Source: Candidatus Bipolaricaulota bacterium (GTDB lineage Bacteria; Bipolaricaulota; Bipolaricaulia; UBA7950; UBA9294). Taken from it: a stretch of 64,000 nt of DNA. Under the pieces are notes generated by a model, which saw only the letters and a list, made by a program, of their open reading frames with translations, was not told the DNA's origin and did not search any database. The position numbers and the translations under genes are program-made. Positions 28,020 to 37,980 of the stretch are shown here, piece by piece. The stretch lies in assembly GCA_030611415.1 (NCBI GenBank), contig JAUWPW010000001.1, positions 18,107 through 82,106 on the forward strand. Direction: 5' to 3'. The stretch's first letter is position 1; every line of letters begins with the position of its first letter.

Positions 28020-29056
28020 ATGAGACGGTCTTTATTCTTCGGAAGGTGACTATACGCAAGCTCTGTGGCTACCCGTCCTTGAGTAGTTCGCTTGATGAAT
28101 CCTTCCTGCAACAAATATGGTTCCACCACCTCAGAGATCGTGTCCTTTTCTTCAGATAAAGCGGCAGCAAGCGTATCCAACCCAACCGGACCCCCATTGA
28201 ACTTAAAAACGATCGCGCCGAGCACTCTCTGATCAAGCTGATCAAGCCCTCTTGCATCGATTTCTAAGAGATCAAGTGCTTGTTTCGCTGTTTCCAAGTC
28301 AATCTTCCCGTCTTTTCTCACTTGTGCATAATCGCGGGTTCGCCGCAGCAGACGATTAGCTATTCGGGGAGTTCCACGCGCACGCCTGGCTAGCTCTTGA
28401 GCTCCGCTCGGGGTAACCTCTATTCCGAGTAGCTTGCCAGCACGGATGATTATCTCACGCAGATCACTCGAGCAATAGAAATTGAGCCGAAAAGAGACTT
28501 CAAACCGATTACGCAATGGCGCAGAAATAAGTCCTGCGCGGGTAGTAGCCCCAACCAAAGTAAAGGGAGGAACATCAATTCTCAACGATTGAGCATTGGG
28601 CCCCTCGCCAAGGATGATGTCAACCTTGTAATCCTCCATTGCTGGGTATAGGACCTCTTCAACGGGTCGCCTCAAGCGATGGATCTCATCAATAAAGAAG
28701 ATATCACGTGGCTTAAGATTAGTAAGAATAGCAGCAAGGTCTCCCGCTCTTTCTAGTGCTGGGCCGGAACTAACCCGAGCGTTTACCCCCATCTCAGCAG
28801 CAATAATATGAGCAAGGGTCGTTTTTCCTAAGCCAGGTGGGCTATGTAAGAGCACATGATCAAGTGGCTCGTTACGCCCTTGCGCAGCAGCAATATAGAT
28901 CCCTAGCTTTTCCTTGATTGGTTCCTGACCAATAAACTCACCAAGCCGCGTCGGGCGCAGGTTGATGAAAGCTCGCTCTTCATCAAGAGAAAGATCCCTA
29001 ATCCGTTCGATTACCACCTTAAACAGATTGTACAAGACAATGAACAGGCCATTCAA
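28016..29056 (-). CDS. ruvB: Holliday junction branch-migration helicase RuvB
   Basis: [13 protein letters not shown]...[14 protein letters not shown] (Walker A) and the RuvB-specific C-terminal winged helix. The start could be slightly downstream of 29056. Confidence 0.9.
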   Translation of the reverse strand: MNGLFIVLYNLFKVVIERIRDLSLDEERAFINLRPTRLGEFIGQEPIKEKLGIYIAAAQGRNEPLDHVLLHSPPGLGKTTLAHIIAAEMGVNARVSSGPALERAGDLAAILTNLKPRDIFFIDEIHRLRRPVEEVLYPAMEDYKVDIILGEGPNAQSLRIDVPPFTLVGATTRAGLISAPLRNRFEVSFRLNFYCSSDLREIIIRAGKLLGIEVTPSGAQELARRARGTPRIANRLLRRTRDYAQVRKDGKIDLETAKQALDLLEIDARGLDQLDQRVLGAIVFKFNGGPVGLDTLAAALSEEKDTISEVVEPYLLQEGFIKRTTQGRVATELAYSHLPKNKDRLI

Positions 29057-29146
29057 CCCCTCCTTATGTGTCGCCTGAACAAGGGAAGGAATTTATGTTA
29101 CTATTCTCACTTGATTCAAATTAGCACAACCGTAAGGAAGGGTAAT

Positions 29147-30043
29147 ATGGCGGGCACAGTTATTACCATCGGAACATTTGACGGAGTCCATCTAGGGCAC
29201 CAGGCAATCCTAAGGCAGACAGCGGAACTCTCAAGCGAACAGAACCTTGTAAGCATCGCCTACACCTTCCCGTTTCCCCCAAAACAGATCAAACCCTGTC
29301 TTCTACTTCCCCAACCAATAAAGGTCAAGCTACTCAATGAATATGTCGATCAAGTAATGACAACAGAATTCACAGCAATACAAAACCTTTCTCCAAAGCA
29401 GTTCTTCGATAAGATCATCATGAAACAGCTGAACTGCCAGGCAATTGTTGTAGGAGAAAGCTTTCGCTTTGGCCATGATCGAACAGGAGATCTTTCTTTA
29501 CTAAAGAATCTCGGGAAGAAACAAGGCCTCTTTATCACAGGGGTCCCACCCATAGAGCTCGCCGGTAGCCCGGTAAACAGTACTCAAATTCGCTCTCTGG
29601 TTAGGGCGGGGAACATCCTTGCAGCACACTCACTAATGGAACGCTCCCCACTTCTGTTCGGTAAAGTAGTGCCCGGGGATCATCTTGGAAGACAACTTGG
29701 TTACCCAACTGCCAATTTGAAGATACCTCAATGTCTCCTTGTTCCGGCAACGGGCGTCTATCTTGTCCACACCTTTTGGGATAGATCAGAAGGCACTGGG
29801 CTTCTTTACATAGGAACAAGGCCAACCTTAGATCGTAGCGAGCTGCGTTTTGAACTACACCTTTCTCATCCCCCAAAGGGTGATCTGTACGGGACTGATA
29901 TAGAGCTTCACTTGTTGCGACGGATACGCGATGAGAAGGTCTTCCCAACCCTAGCCGCTCTCAGGCATCAGATAGACCTTGATCTGGCTAGTGCGCATTC
30001 CCTCGTTCGTACTATCGACCCACCAACATCTATTCTCGCTTGA
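29147..30043 (+). CDS. ribF: Bifunctional riboflavin kinase/FMN adenylyltransferase
   Basis: MAGTVITIGTFDGVHLGHQAIL is the FAD synthetase N-terminus, with a riboflavin kinase C-terminus. An AAGGAAGGG RBS sits before ATG 29147. Confidence 0.85.
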   Translation: MAGTVITIGTFDGVHLGHQAILRQTAELSSEQNLVSIAYTFPFPPKQIKPCLLLPQPIKVKLLNEYVDQVMTTEFTAIQNLSPKQFFDKIIMKQLNCQAIVVGESFRFGHDRTGDLSLLKNLGKKQGLFITGVPPIELAGSPVNSTQIRSLVRAGNILAAHSLMERSPLLFGKVVPGDHLGRQLGYPTANLKIPQCLLVPATGVYLVHTFWDRSEGTGLLYIGTRPTLDRSELRFELHLSHPPKGDLYGTDIELHLLRRIRDEKVFPTLAALRHQIDLDLASAHSLVRTIDPPTSILA

Positions 30044-30077
30044 AAACCGTGCAGAGCTGGCTTATCATCAATGTGTA

Positions 30078-30722
30078 ATGATCATATTGGGAGTAGATAC
30101 TTCCGAAGATTATGCCAGGGTTGCACTATGGAACAACGGAAGCCTTGCCGGAGAATTGATTGCAGAGCAGCGCTTTCATCACGCAGAAGAGTTAGTTCCC
30201 CTAATTGAGCGGCTTTTAGCCGAAACTGGGATAGAAAAGAAACAAATACAGCTTGTCAGCGCTAACCGCGGACCCGGTTCATTCACTGGTCTACGGATTG
30301 GTCTGGCAACAGCAAAGGGAATCTGTCAATCTTTGCAGATTCCGTTAGTAGGAATCGACGGCACTTTCGTTTGCCGCACGCAACTAGACGACTCTGCGTG
30401 TGTATGTGTTCTAATTCCAAATCGGCGCAACCTGCTCTATGCAAGATGGTTTACGGGAATGCAGCCGGATAGCGAGGTAAAGGTAATGGCAATCGAAGAA
30501 TTGCTTGCACATCTTAACAATGAACGGAAAGATCTGCTCGTTGCAGGAAGCGCTGCAGGTTCCATACGCGGACAACTGGAATCCATTCCTTGGATAAGGG
30601 TTGCGCCAGAGAAAGTGAACGGACCATCAGCACCGCAGGTAGCTATGTTGGGAGAAAAGTACTATACCCAGGATGAAATCTATACTCTAGAACCACAGTA
30701 TGTGGAGCTTTCTGTGGCGTAA
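30078..30722 (+). CDS. tsaB: tRNA threonylcarbamoyladenosine biosynthesis protein TsaB (YeaZ)
   Basis: MIILGVDTSEDYARVAL...NRGPGSFTGLRIGLATAKG, an inactive Kae1/TsaD paralog fold. The upstream ORF-track extension overlaps the ribF 3' end and is not coding. Confidence 0.8.
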   Translation: MIILGVDTSEDYARVALWNNGSLAGELIAEQRFHHAEELVPLIERLLAETGIEKKQIQLVSANRGPGSFTGLRIGLATAKGICQSLQIPLVGIDGTFVCRTQLDDSACVCVLIPNRRNLLYARWFTGMQPDSEVKVMAIEELLAHLNNERKDLLVAGSAAGSIRGQLESIPWIRVAPEKVNGPSAPQVAMLGEKYYTQDEIYTLEPQYVELSVA

Positions 30723-30751
30723 ATAACACTTGGATCAAGAGGTGAACGATA

Positions 30752-30943
30752 ATGTCAAAGGTATGTGAGATATGTGGGAAACACCCAACTACGGGAAACA
30801 AAGTCAGTCATTCGCATAGGCACACTCATAAGATGAGATTGCCCAATATTAAACGGGTTCACGCCTATGTCAACGGGAAAAAGGTATGGACCAAGGTCTG
30901 TACTCGCTGCATCAGATCCGGGCGAGTAAAGAAAGTCTCTTAG
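30752..30943 (+). CDS. rpmB: 50S ribosomal protein L28
   Basis: MSKVCEICGKHPTTGNKVSHSHRHTHKMRLPN is near-identical to the bacterial L28 consensus. Confidence 0.9.
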   Translation: MSKVCEICGKHPTTGNKVSHSHRHTHKMRLPNIKRVHAYVNGKKVWTKVCTRCIRSGRVKKVS

Positions 30944-31001
30944 AGAGGACCCCTGTGCATGAATCTTATTAGCCAGAGAACGTGTTCTATCACGCATACC
31001 T

Positions 31002-31445
31002 GTGTTTGTTCAGTTGGAGAATATGGTGTCTGTTGAGCTAGGCGCAACTGTATCTGGCAAGGTTGCCAGAGTCAATGAAACTGAAGTTGTCGTTGCTATA
31101 TCGGATGGGGATACTGGAATAATACGTATCCCGTTTTCTGGGCAAGGGAAGCCTACAAAGAACCAGTTTTGTGTTGGACAACAGGTCACGGCAAGAATTA
31201 CCGCCTGTGACCAAATTGGCAGATATATTCTGACCCCGTTACTGACTGGGATCGATCATCACGCAGATGAATTTGAGCAAAACTTCCACAAACTAAACTA
31301 TATCCTTAACCATGGTTCCAGGCCAGCCACTCACACACGGGAACGACCATTGGAAGAGCGCCTAAGGACATGGGACGAACAGGTTGAGACAGCGCTGGCT
31401 AACCTGCGCAAACATCGCAACAAACGCTTGAATGAAGAACCCTAG
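31002..31445 (+). CDS. S1-like RNA-binding domain protein (hypothetical)
   Basis: An OB/S1-like segment (VELGATVSGKVARVNETEVVVAISDGDTGIIRIPFSG) followed by a basic C-terminus. The start may be Met at 31023. Confidence 0.5.
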   Translation: MFVQLENMVSVELGATVSGKVARVNETEVVVAISDGDTGIIRIPFSGQGKPTKNQFCVGQQVTARITACDQIGRYILTPLLTGIDHHADEFEQNFHKLNYILNHGSRPATHTRERPLEERLRTWDEQVETALANLRKHRNKRLNEEP

Positions 31446-31457
31446 AGAATTGCAGGA

Positions 31458-31694
31458 ATGGAGGTTTTTATGGCGAGAGGAGCTGTAGTAATTGACAGAG
31501 AACGCTGTAAGGGGTGTGGGCTGTGCATTGCCGCTTGTCCTAAGAAAGTTCTAGCCTTCTCTAGTGAGCTGAACAACAGTGGCTATAACGTTGTACACAT
31601 GGAACATCCGGAAGATTGTATTGGTTGTAGCTTCTGTGCTTTGACCTGTCCGGATGTAGCAATCGAGGTCTACCGCGAGGAAATCTCAGTATAA
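31458..31694 (+). CDS. oorD: 2-oxoglutarate:ferredoxin oxidoreductase delta subunit (2x[4Fe-4S] ferredoxin)
   Basis: Two CxxCxxCxxxCP clusters (CKGCGLCIAACP and CIGCSFCALTCP). It is first in the D-A-B-C order, as in Helicobacter oorDABC. Confidence 0.75.
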   Translation: MEVFMARGAVVIDRERCKGCGLCIAACPKKVLAFSSELNNSGYNVVHMEHPEDCIGCSFCALTCPDVAIEVYREEISV

Positions 31695-31703
31695 GGAGTA
31701 GCC

Positions 31704-32759
31704 ATGGGAAAACGTTTACTGTTAAGGGGGAATGAGGTAATTGCCGAGGCAGCTATCCGCGCTGGTTGTCAGTGCTACTTTGCCTACCCGATCACACCGC
31801 AGGCAGAGCTATTGCAGCACATGGCGGTAAACATGCCAAGATTGGGCCGAACATTTATCCAGGCAGAAAGCGAACTTGCGGCAATTAACATGGTTTACGG
31901 AGCCGCCTCTGCCGGTGTACGTACGATGACTTCATCATCTTCACCCGGTATCAGTCTTAAACAGGAAGGAATTTCTTACCTTGCTGGTTCAAATCTACCT
32001 GCGGTTATAGTCAACATTGTACGTGGTGGGCCTGGACTAGGAGACATAGCCCCCTCTCAATGTGATTATTTTCAAGCAACCAAAGGCGGCGGACACGGAG
32101 ATTATCACATGATAGTCCTCGGCCCATCGACCGTACCAGAGGCAGGACAACTAACTATGCTTGCTTTTGAGCTTGCCGATCAATATCGCACTCCTGTCAT
32201 GCTTCTCGCCGATGGAATGCTGGGCCAGATGATGGAGCCAGTAGAACTCCCTGAACCAATTGAAATCAGCTCGTTACCACAGAAAGAGTGGGCAACTAAT
32301 GGCGCCAAAGGGCGTGATCCAAATATTATCCTGAGTTTTGATCTTGATCCTGAGGTACTGAAACAGATGAACCTTATCTTACAGGAGCGCTACCGCCAAA
32401 TTGAAGCAAAAGAAGTCCGTTATGAAGAAACGGCGACCGGTGATGCAGATATTGCTATTGTTGCCTATGGTACGGTGGCACGTATCGTGAAGACGGTAAT
32501 CAAAATGGCAAGAGCAGAGGGAATAAAACTTGGCCTATTCCGCCCAATCACTTTGTGGCCATTCCCAAGTCAAGCACTTAAGAAACTCTCCGAAAAAGTA
32601 GCCACGGTGCTCACCGTAGAAATGAGTGCGGGACAGATGTGGGAAGATGTAAGGTTGGCAATAGCTGAACGAGCAGAAACACCGTTCTATGGAGAGATGG
32701 GTGGTGTCATTCCAACCCCTCAACGGATCCTAAGCGAGGTGAAGAAGCATGCCGGTTGA
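31704..32759 (+). CDS. oorA: 2-oxoacid:ferredoxin oxidoreductase alpha subunit
   Basis: KorA/PorA-like domain I/II, 351 aa, overlapping the beta-subunit start. Confidence 0.8.
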   Translation: MGKRLLLRGNEVIAEAAIRAGCQCYFAYPITPQAELLQHMAVNMPRLGRTFIQAESELAAINMVYGAASAGVRTMTSSSSPGISLKQEGISYLAGSNLPAVIVNIVRGGPGLGDIAPSQCDYFQATKGGGHGDYHMIVLGPSTVPEAGQLTMLAFELADQYRTPVMLLADGMLGQMMEPVELPEPIEISSLPQKEWATNGAKGRDPNIILSFDLDPEVLKQMNLILQERYRQIEAKEVRYEETATGDADIAIVAYGTVARIVKTVIKMARAEGIKLGLFRPITLWPFPSQALKKLSEKVATVLTVEMSAGQMWEDVRLAIAERAETPFYGEMGGVIPTPQRILSEVKKHAG

Positions 32760-33507
32760 CGTACAAAACATGCAAAAAGTCTTTGCGAGACCAAACAGCT
32801 TAACTGACGCCAAGTCCACGTATTGTCCCGGTTGTCATCATGGCATCCTAACTCGTATCATCGCTCAGACAATCGACGAATTAGGAATCGTTGAACGTAC
32901 AATAGGAATCGTCCCAGTTGGCTGCGCTGTATTTGCTTACCGATGGTACCGTTGTGATGCGATACAAGCAGCACACGGCCGCGCAAGCGCGGTTGCGACA
33001 GGGGTAAAGCGAGCTAACCCCAGCCTAATTGTATTTTCTTATCAGGGAGATGGCGACTTCGCAAGCATTGGAACAGCCGAATCGATCCATGCGGCAAATC
33101 GAGGAGAAAACATAACTGTTATCTTCGTAAACAACCAGGTTTACGGGATGACCGGTGGGGAGATGGCACCCACCAGCCTTGTTGGCCAGAAAACCACAAC
33201 AACGCCACAAGGACGAGATCCCAAGCTGTTTGGTTACCCAATCCGTTTTTCAGAAATGATTGCCCAACTTGATGCACCGGTGTATGTTACTAGACAGGCA
33301 CTGTACGATACTAAGCGAATCAAAGAGGCAACAAAAGCGATCAAGAAAGCATTTACAAACCAGGTAAAAGAGAGGGGCTATTCACTGGTAGAGGTTCTCG
33401 CTACCTGCCCAACCAACTGGAGAATGAAACCAATTGACGCCAATAAACATGTCGCTAATGTAGTGGAAAAGACATACCGGCTCGGGGATTTAGTGAATAG
33501 GGGGTAA
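32749..33507 (+). CDS. oorB: 2-oxoacid:ferredoxin oxidoreductase beta subunit (TPP-binding)
   Basis: TPP motif GDGD...N (SYQGDGDFASIGTAESIHAANRGENITVIFVNNQVYGMTGG) and a Cys ligand set for the proximal cluster. Confidence 0.8.
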   Translation: MPVDVQNMQKVFARPNSLTDAKSTYCPGCHHGILTRIIAQTIDELGIVERTIGIVPVGCAVFAYRWYRCDAIQAAHGRASAVATGVKRANPSLIVFSYQGDGDFASIGTAESIHAANRGENITVIFVNNQVYGMTGGEMAPTSLVGQKTTTTPQGRDPKLFGYPIRFSEMIAQLDAPVYVTRQALYDTKRIKEATKAIKKAFTNQVKERGYSLVEVLATCPTNWRMKPIDANKHVANVVEKTYRLGDLVNRG

Positions 33508-33508
33508 C

Positions 33509-34051
33509 ATGGACAATTCAGTAGTCATAGCTGGTTTTGGTGGACAGGGTGTTATCCTTGCCGGGAAGATTCTTGCTCAAGCAGGAATGAACCATGGGCT
33601 AGAAGTAACATGGCTTCCTTCCTATGGCCCAGAGATGCGTGGAGGAACAGCAAATTGTACCGTTGTATTGTCCAACGACCCCGTTGGCTCACCAATTGTC
33701 GATAACCCAACAGCGCTCATTGCGATGAACCTTCCCTCGCTTGACAAGTTCGAATCAACGGTTGCAACAAACGGGGTAATCATAATGAATTCCTCACTCA
33801 TTCAACGCAGAAGAAAGCAAAAAGATGTACGATCATTCTCTCTTGCACTAAACGATCTAGCGCAAAAAGTAGGAAGCGTAAAGACAATTAACATGATCGC
33901 TCTTGGGGCCTATATCAAAGCATCTGGGATCATCCCGCTTTCTACAATTCAGACAACGATGGCACAAATGCTGAAGAAGGACGGCAAAGACAAATTTATC
34001 CCTCTAAACAGGAAAGCCCTCAAGGAAGGATATAACGCACTCCAAGAATGA
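33509..34051 (+). CDS. oorC: 2-oxoacid:ferredoxin oxidoreductase gamma subunit
   Basis: [25 protein letters not shown] is typical of the Kor/Por gamma N-terminus. There is a 1-nt gap after the beta subunit. Confidence 0.8.
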   Translation: MDNSVVIAGFGGQGVILAGKILAQAGMNHGLEVTWLPSYGPEMRGGTANCTVVLSNDPVGSPIVDNPTALIAMNLPSLDKFESTVATNGVIIMNSSLIQRRRKQKDVRSFSLALNDLAQKVGSVKTINMIALGAYIKASGIIPLSTIQTTMAQMLKKDGKDKFIPLNRKALKEGYNALQE

Positions 34052-34055
34052 AAAC

Positions 34056-34580
34056 TTGATCAACCGGCGTGAGGTATTTGCAGGGCAAGTACTGCGCTTA
34101 GTTGTAGATCGCGTGAGTCTTCCCGACGGCTCTATCTCCACCCGGGAAGTTGTCTATCATCCTGGAGCAGTGGCAATCGTTCCTTTTCTCACAGATAGAA
34201 AGATAGTGCTTATCAAACAGTATCGTCACGCCGTAGGCAAATTGCTGTGGGAGATTCCGGCGGGGAAGCTTGAACAGACAGAAAAGCCATTGGACTGTGC
34301 CAAACGAGAACTGTTTGAAGAAACAGGATATCAAGCCCGTCGCTGGACAAAGATCCTTTCCTTCTATACCTCACCTGGATTTACTGACGAACAGATCACT
34401 CTGTTTGTGGCAAAGGAACTGATCCAGGCAGGTACATTCGATACGAGAGAAATAGGGCTCGTCTCGATAATCAGCCAATCACAGATAGAGCAAATGGTTA
34501 ACGCAGAAAGAATCAGAGATGGTAAAACACTCTTGGCTCTCTTCTGCGTAGGCATGCTGCCAGCTACCTTGCCCTCTTAG
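34056..34580 (+). CDS. NUDIX hydrolase (ADP-ribose pyrophosphatase-like)
   Basis: Nudix box GKLEQTEKPLDCAKRELFEETGY. It lies 4 nt after oorC. Confidence 0.75.
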   Translation: MINRREVFAGQVLRLVVDRVSLPDGSISTREVVYHPGAVAIVPFLTDRKIVLIKQYRHAVGKLLWEIPAGKLEQTEKPLDCAKRELFEETGYQARRWTKILSFYTSPGFTDEQITLFVAKELIQAGTFDTREIGLVSIISQSQIEQMVNAERIRDGKTLLALFCVGMLPATLPS

Positions 34581-34589
34581 ACTAAAAAG

Positions 34590-34617
34590 GGGGATCTACA
34601 AACCATGAGAGATCCCC
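34590..34617 (-). terminator. Rho-independent terminator for gdh, a hairpin shared with the convergent NUDIX gene
   Basis: GGGGATCT-N12-AGATCCCC is a perfect 8-bp stem. It is followed on the minus strand by TTTTT. Confidence 0.6.
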
Positions 34618-34652
34618 TACGCTCTTCCTAGGTTCACGATGCAAGAGATAGG

Positions 34653-35909
34653 CTAAACCCAACCTCGCAACCGCATTGCTTCGGCAACCCGCTGGACAGC
34701 AACCATGTAGGCAGCCGTTCGATTATCAACATTATTCTCTTGCGCCATCTGGTGAACGGCATGGAATGCCCGAGTCATTTTCTCTTGTAGCCGTTTGTGC
34801 ACGTCCTCTAGTGTCCAGTAGTATCCACCGATATTCTGGACCCATTCAAAATAGGAAACAGTCACTCCGCCAGCATTACACAGGAAATCAGGGATGATGT
34901 ACGTTCCCTTGCTGCACAGAATCTCATCTGCCTCAGGGGTAGTAGGTCCATTAGCTGTCTCCGCGATAATCTTAGCCTTTATGGCATCAGCGTTCTCTTC
35001 GGTAATTACATTCTCAATCGCTGCCGGAATCAGTATATCCACATCTAGTTCAAGGAGCTCCTGATTGGTAACCGACCTTGTGCCAGTAAGTCTGGTAACA
35101 GATCCGGTCGCCTTCTTATGCTCGAATGCAGCTTCGGGATCGATGCCATCTTCTGTGTAAGCTCCGCCACGCGAGTCAGTAACAGCAACAATCTTGCTGC
35201 CAGCAAGCTCTTGCATCAGCTTCGCTGCAAAGAATCCCGCGTTTCCATAGCCCTGAATGGCCACAGTTGACCCTTTGAGAGGAAGATCAATTACCTTGGC
35301 GGCTTCGAAGATACTATACACCGTTCCACGAGCAGTGGCATCCCCACGACCCAGTGATCCACCAACTGGAATTGGTTTACCTGTAATGACACCAGGAGCG
35401 TTATAGCCAACAAGTTTGGAGTACTCATCCACCATCCATGCCATAATCTGTGGTGTTGTATACACATCTGGCGCTGGTATGTCCCTCTCTGGACCAATAA
35501 AACGACCAACAGCACGGACATAACCACGCGCGACACGTTCCAGCTCCCAGGCGGAAAGCTCCTTGGGATTGCAGATAACCCCACCCTTCGACCCACCGTA
35601 TGGAATATCAACAACGGCACACTTCCATGTCATCCATGCGGCAAGCGCCTTAACTGTATCAACTGTCTCCTCGGGATGAAAGCGAAGTCCACCCTTTGTT
35701 GGACCACGGGCATCATTGTACTGCACGCGGAACCCAGTGAACAGCTTTGCCTTTCCGTCATCCATACGAACAGGAAAATGAACCTCGAGCGTTCGCATTG
35801 GCTCCCGTAGAAGAGCATGTATGTCTGGGTCAAGATCAAGCTTCTTTGCTGACTTGTCCAGTTGTCGTTGTGAAACCTCAAATGGGTTGAACATTGGGCC
35901 ATTGACCAT
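34653..35909 (-). CDS. gdhA: Glutamate dehydrogenase (Glu/Leu/Phe/Val dehydrogenase family)
   Basis: GGSKGG catalytic lysine region and NAD(P) Rossmann motif GYGNAGFFAA, 418 aa. Confidence 0.85.
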   Translation of the reverse strand: MVNGPMFNPFEVSQRQLDKSAKKLDLDPDIHALLREPMRTLEVHFPVRMDDGKAKLFTGFRVQYNDARGPTKGGLRFHPEETVDTVKALAAWMTWKCAVVDIPYGGSKGGVICNPKELSAWELERVARGYVRAVGRFIGPERDIPAPDVYTTPQIMAWMVDEYSKLVGYNAPGVITGKPIPVGGSLGRGDATARGTVYSIFEAAKVIDLPLKGSTVAIQGYGNAGFFAAKLMQELAGSKIVAVTDSRGGAYTEDGIDPEAAFEHKKATGSVTRLTGTRSVTNQELLELDVDILIPAAIENVITEENADAIKAKIIAETANGPTTPEADEILCSKGTYIIPDFLCNAGGVTVSYFEWVQNIGGYYWTLEDVHKRLQEKMTRAFHAVHQMAQENNVDNRTAAYMVAVQRVAEAMRLRGWV

Positions 35910-36045
35910 GCTTAAGACCTCCTAAAGTCTTTAAGAACTATTCGTCAGTATCAGAAAGTGAAAGAATCCCCTTTCTATTTGGCAACAAAATTATACAGGC
36001 CCCCTCAGACCGTGCAAGTCATATCCGGTTAGTATTTTCCTCTGT

Positions 36046-36873
36046 TTACAAACGCCTAACAACAGCAAGCAAAAGTTGACGCACCTGTTCTCCTACTCGA
36101 CAAGTTGTCTCCATCACTTCTTCGTGAGAAAGACAGGCCCCTGAATCTACTCCTGCAGCAAGATTGGTTGCACAGGAGAGACCCAGCACCTCTATGCCCG
36201 CGTGGCAAGCGACAATCACCTCAGGAACGGTGGACATCCCCACAAGGTCCGCTCCCAGTGCGCGAAAGGCCCGGATCTCTGCTGGAGTCTCATAGGAAGG
36301 CCCAAGTGTTGCCAGATACACCCCTTCTTTGAGTTCAATTCCTTCTGCTCTTGCCGCTTCTCTTGCCAATACACACAGGCGAGGACTATACGCAGCAGAC
36401 ATATCAGGAAAACGAGGACCAAGTTGCTCACAGTTCTTGCCACGTAATGGATTCCTCCCCAACATGTTAATATGGTCAGTAATCAGTACTAAGTCTCCTG
36501 CGGCAAACTCGGTGTTAACGGCACCCGAGGCATTGGTGACAACAAGTGTCTTTATTCCCATAAGCGCAAACAAACGAGTGGCAAAGACAACCTTATCCAG
36601 AGGATAACCTTCATAATGGTGCGCACGGCCCCGCTGAACGAGAACAACCTTCCCCTCAATTTCCCCTACCCATAAATCGCCAGCATGCCCAGTTACAGTC
36701 GAAAGAGGAAATCCAGGAATCTCACTACATGGGATATGTACTCCTCGCCCAGGTATGCCAAATGCCTTAGAAAGACCTGAGCCAAGTACAATGGCAATTG
36801 TTGGAAGCGCCGGAAGCTTGTTCCGCAGTACAGAAACAGCTCTGTTCAGCTCAGCTAGTTGAGTATCATTCAT
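36046..36873 (-). CDS. Purine nucleoside phosphorylase (PNP/MTAP family, trimeric type)
   Basis: PNP-I family motifs (IVLGSGLS, GHAGDLWVGE, VVTNASGAVN), 275 aa. Confidence 0.75.
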   Translation of the reverse strand: MNDTQLAELNRAVSVLRNKLPALPTIAIVLGSGLSKAFGIPGRGVHIPCSEIPGFPLSTVTGHAGDLWVGEIEGKVVLVQRGRAHHYEGYPLDKVVFATRLFALMGIKTLVVTNASGAVNTEFAAGDLVLITDHINMLGRNPLRGKNCEQLGPRFPDMSAAYSPRLCVLAREAARAEGIELKEGVYLATLGPSYETPAEIRAFRALGADLVGMSTVPEVIVACHAGIEVLGLSCATNLAAGVDSGACLSHEEVMETTCRVGEQVRQLLLAVVRRL

Positions 36874-36906
36874 CGCAACACCTCCTTCCCGAAACCTTGT
36901 TGCAAT

Positions 36907-37980
36907 CTAGCAACATTCAGAAGAACCTTTGAGAACTTGAGAGTGGTCACCAAGTAGAAACCGGCTAGAAGAATCGCCCATGACTCTCAATTCTGCATAC
37001 CTCCCAATCAGAGAACGGTCTATACTTTTCGCGTCTGTTATTACGGCTTTTTCCAAAATGATGCTGTTCTCTATCTTGCTATTCTTAATGATGACACCAT
37101 CACCAATTGAAACATAAGGACCTATAACAGAACCTTCGATCACCACATTTTCCCCCATTATCACTGGACCAATTAGCTTCGAATCCCTTACTCGGGCGTT
37201 CTCATTCTGTGCTATCTTTCCCTTGACCTGTAAGCTAATCCCGCTCTTCATACGGGTTTCCGGAATCATTGCATCCAACAGAAGCTGGTTTGCATCAATC
37301 ATATCCATAGGAGTTCCTACATCCTTCCACCACCCGGTAACCCTATGAGGAACAACACGGTAACCGTCATCAATTAACTGCTGGATGGCATCTGTAATCT
37401 CGAGCTCCCCGCGCTTTGATGGACTAATCTTCTCAATAGCAGCGAAAATATGATAATCAAACACATACGTACCGATGACTGCCAGGTTGGTCGAGGGATC
37501 ATCAGGTTTTTCCACAACCTTCTTAATCTCACCGTTCTTAAGCCACGCTACTCCAAAACTGCGTGGATTATCGACCTCGACAAGGGAAATAACCGCATGG
37601 CTGTCCCCTTGACGGAACTGCTTTACTAACCCTCTTACCCCATTTTCCAAGAGATTATCCCCCAAGTAGAGTAAGAACGACTCGGAACCAACGAATCCTT
37701 GAGCACATTGAACAGCATGAGCCAGCCCTTTTGGTTTCTGCTGCACGATGTAACTCAGGTCAAGGTCATAGCGCGATCCATCCCGCAGATAGCTTTTGAA
37801 ACTGGCCTTAGTGCCTGGGCTCACCACGATACCAATCTCGCGAATGCCGCCATCTTTGATCGCTTGAAGTATGAGGTCTATCACCGGCTTGTTAGCAATT
37901 GGAATCAGGTGCTTTGCCTTAGAGTAGGTTAACGGACGCATTCTGGTTCCCTCGCCAGCACAGAGGATTACTGCCCGCAT
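36907..37980 (-). CDS. Sugar-1-phosphate nucleotidyltransferase, long form with C-terminal left-handed beta-helix (G1P thymidylyl/uridylyl-transferase-like)
   Basis: MRAVILCAGEGTRMRPLTYSKAKHLIPIANKPVI is the NTP-transferase signature. C-terminal hexapeptide repeats. It overlaps the manC end by 13 nt. Confidence 0.75.
   Translation of the reverse strand: MRAVILCAGEGTRMRPLTYSKAKHLIPIANKPVIDLILQAIKDGGIREIGIVVSPGTKASFKSYLRDGSRYDLDLSYIVQQKPKGLAHAVQCAQGFVGSESFLLYLGDNLLENGVRGLVKQFRQGDSHAVISLVEVDNPRSFGVAWLKNGEIKKVVEKPDDPSTNLAVIGTYVFDYHIFAAIEKISPSKRGELEITDAIQQLIDDGYRVVPHRVTGWWKDVGTPMDMIDANQLLLDAMIPETRMKSGISLQVKGKIAQNENARVRDSKLIGPVIMGENVVIEGSVIGPYVSIGDGVIIKNSKIENSIILEKAVITDAKSIDRSLIGRYAELRVMGDSSSRFLLGDHSQVLKGSSECC

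Noticed and set aside
29979-30077. Upstream extension of tsaB overlapping the last 65 nt of ribF
   Set aside because: The conserved TsaB N-terminus begins at MIILGVDTS (30078). The extension has no similarity to the family and would imply an unusual long same-strand overlap.
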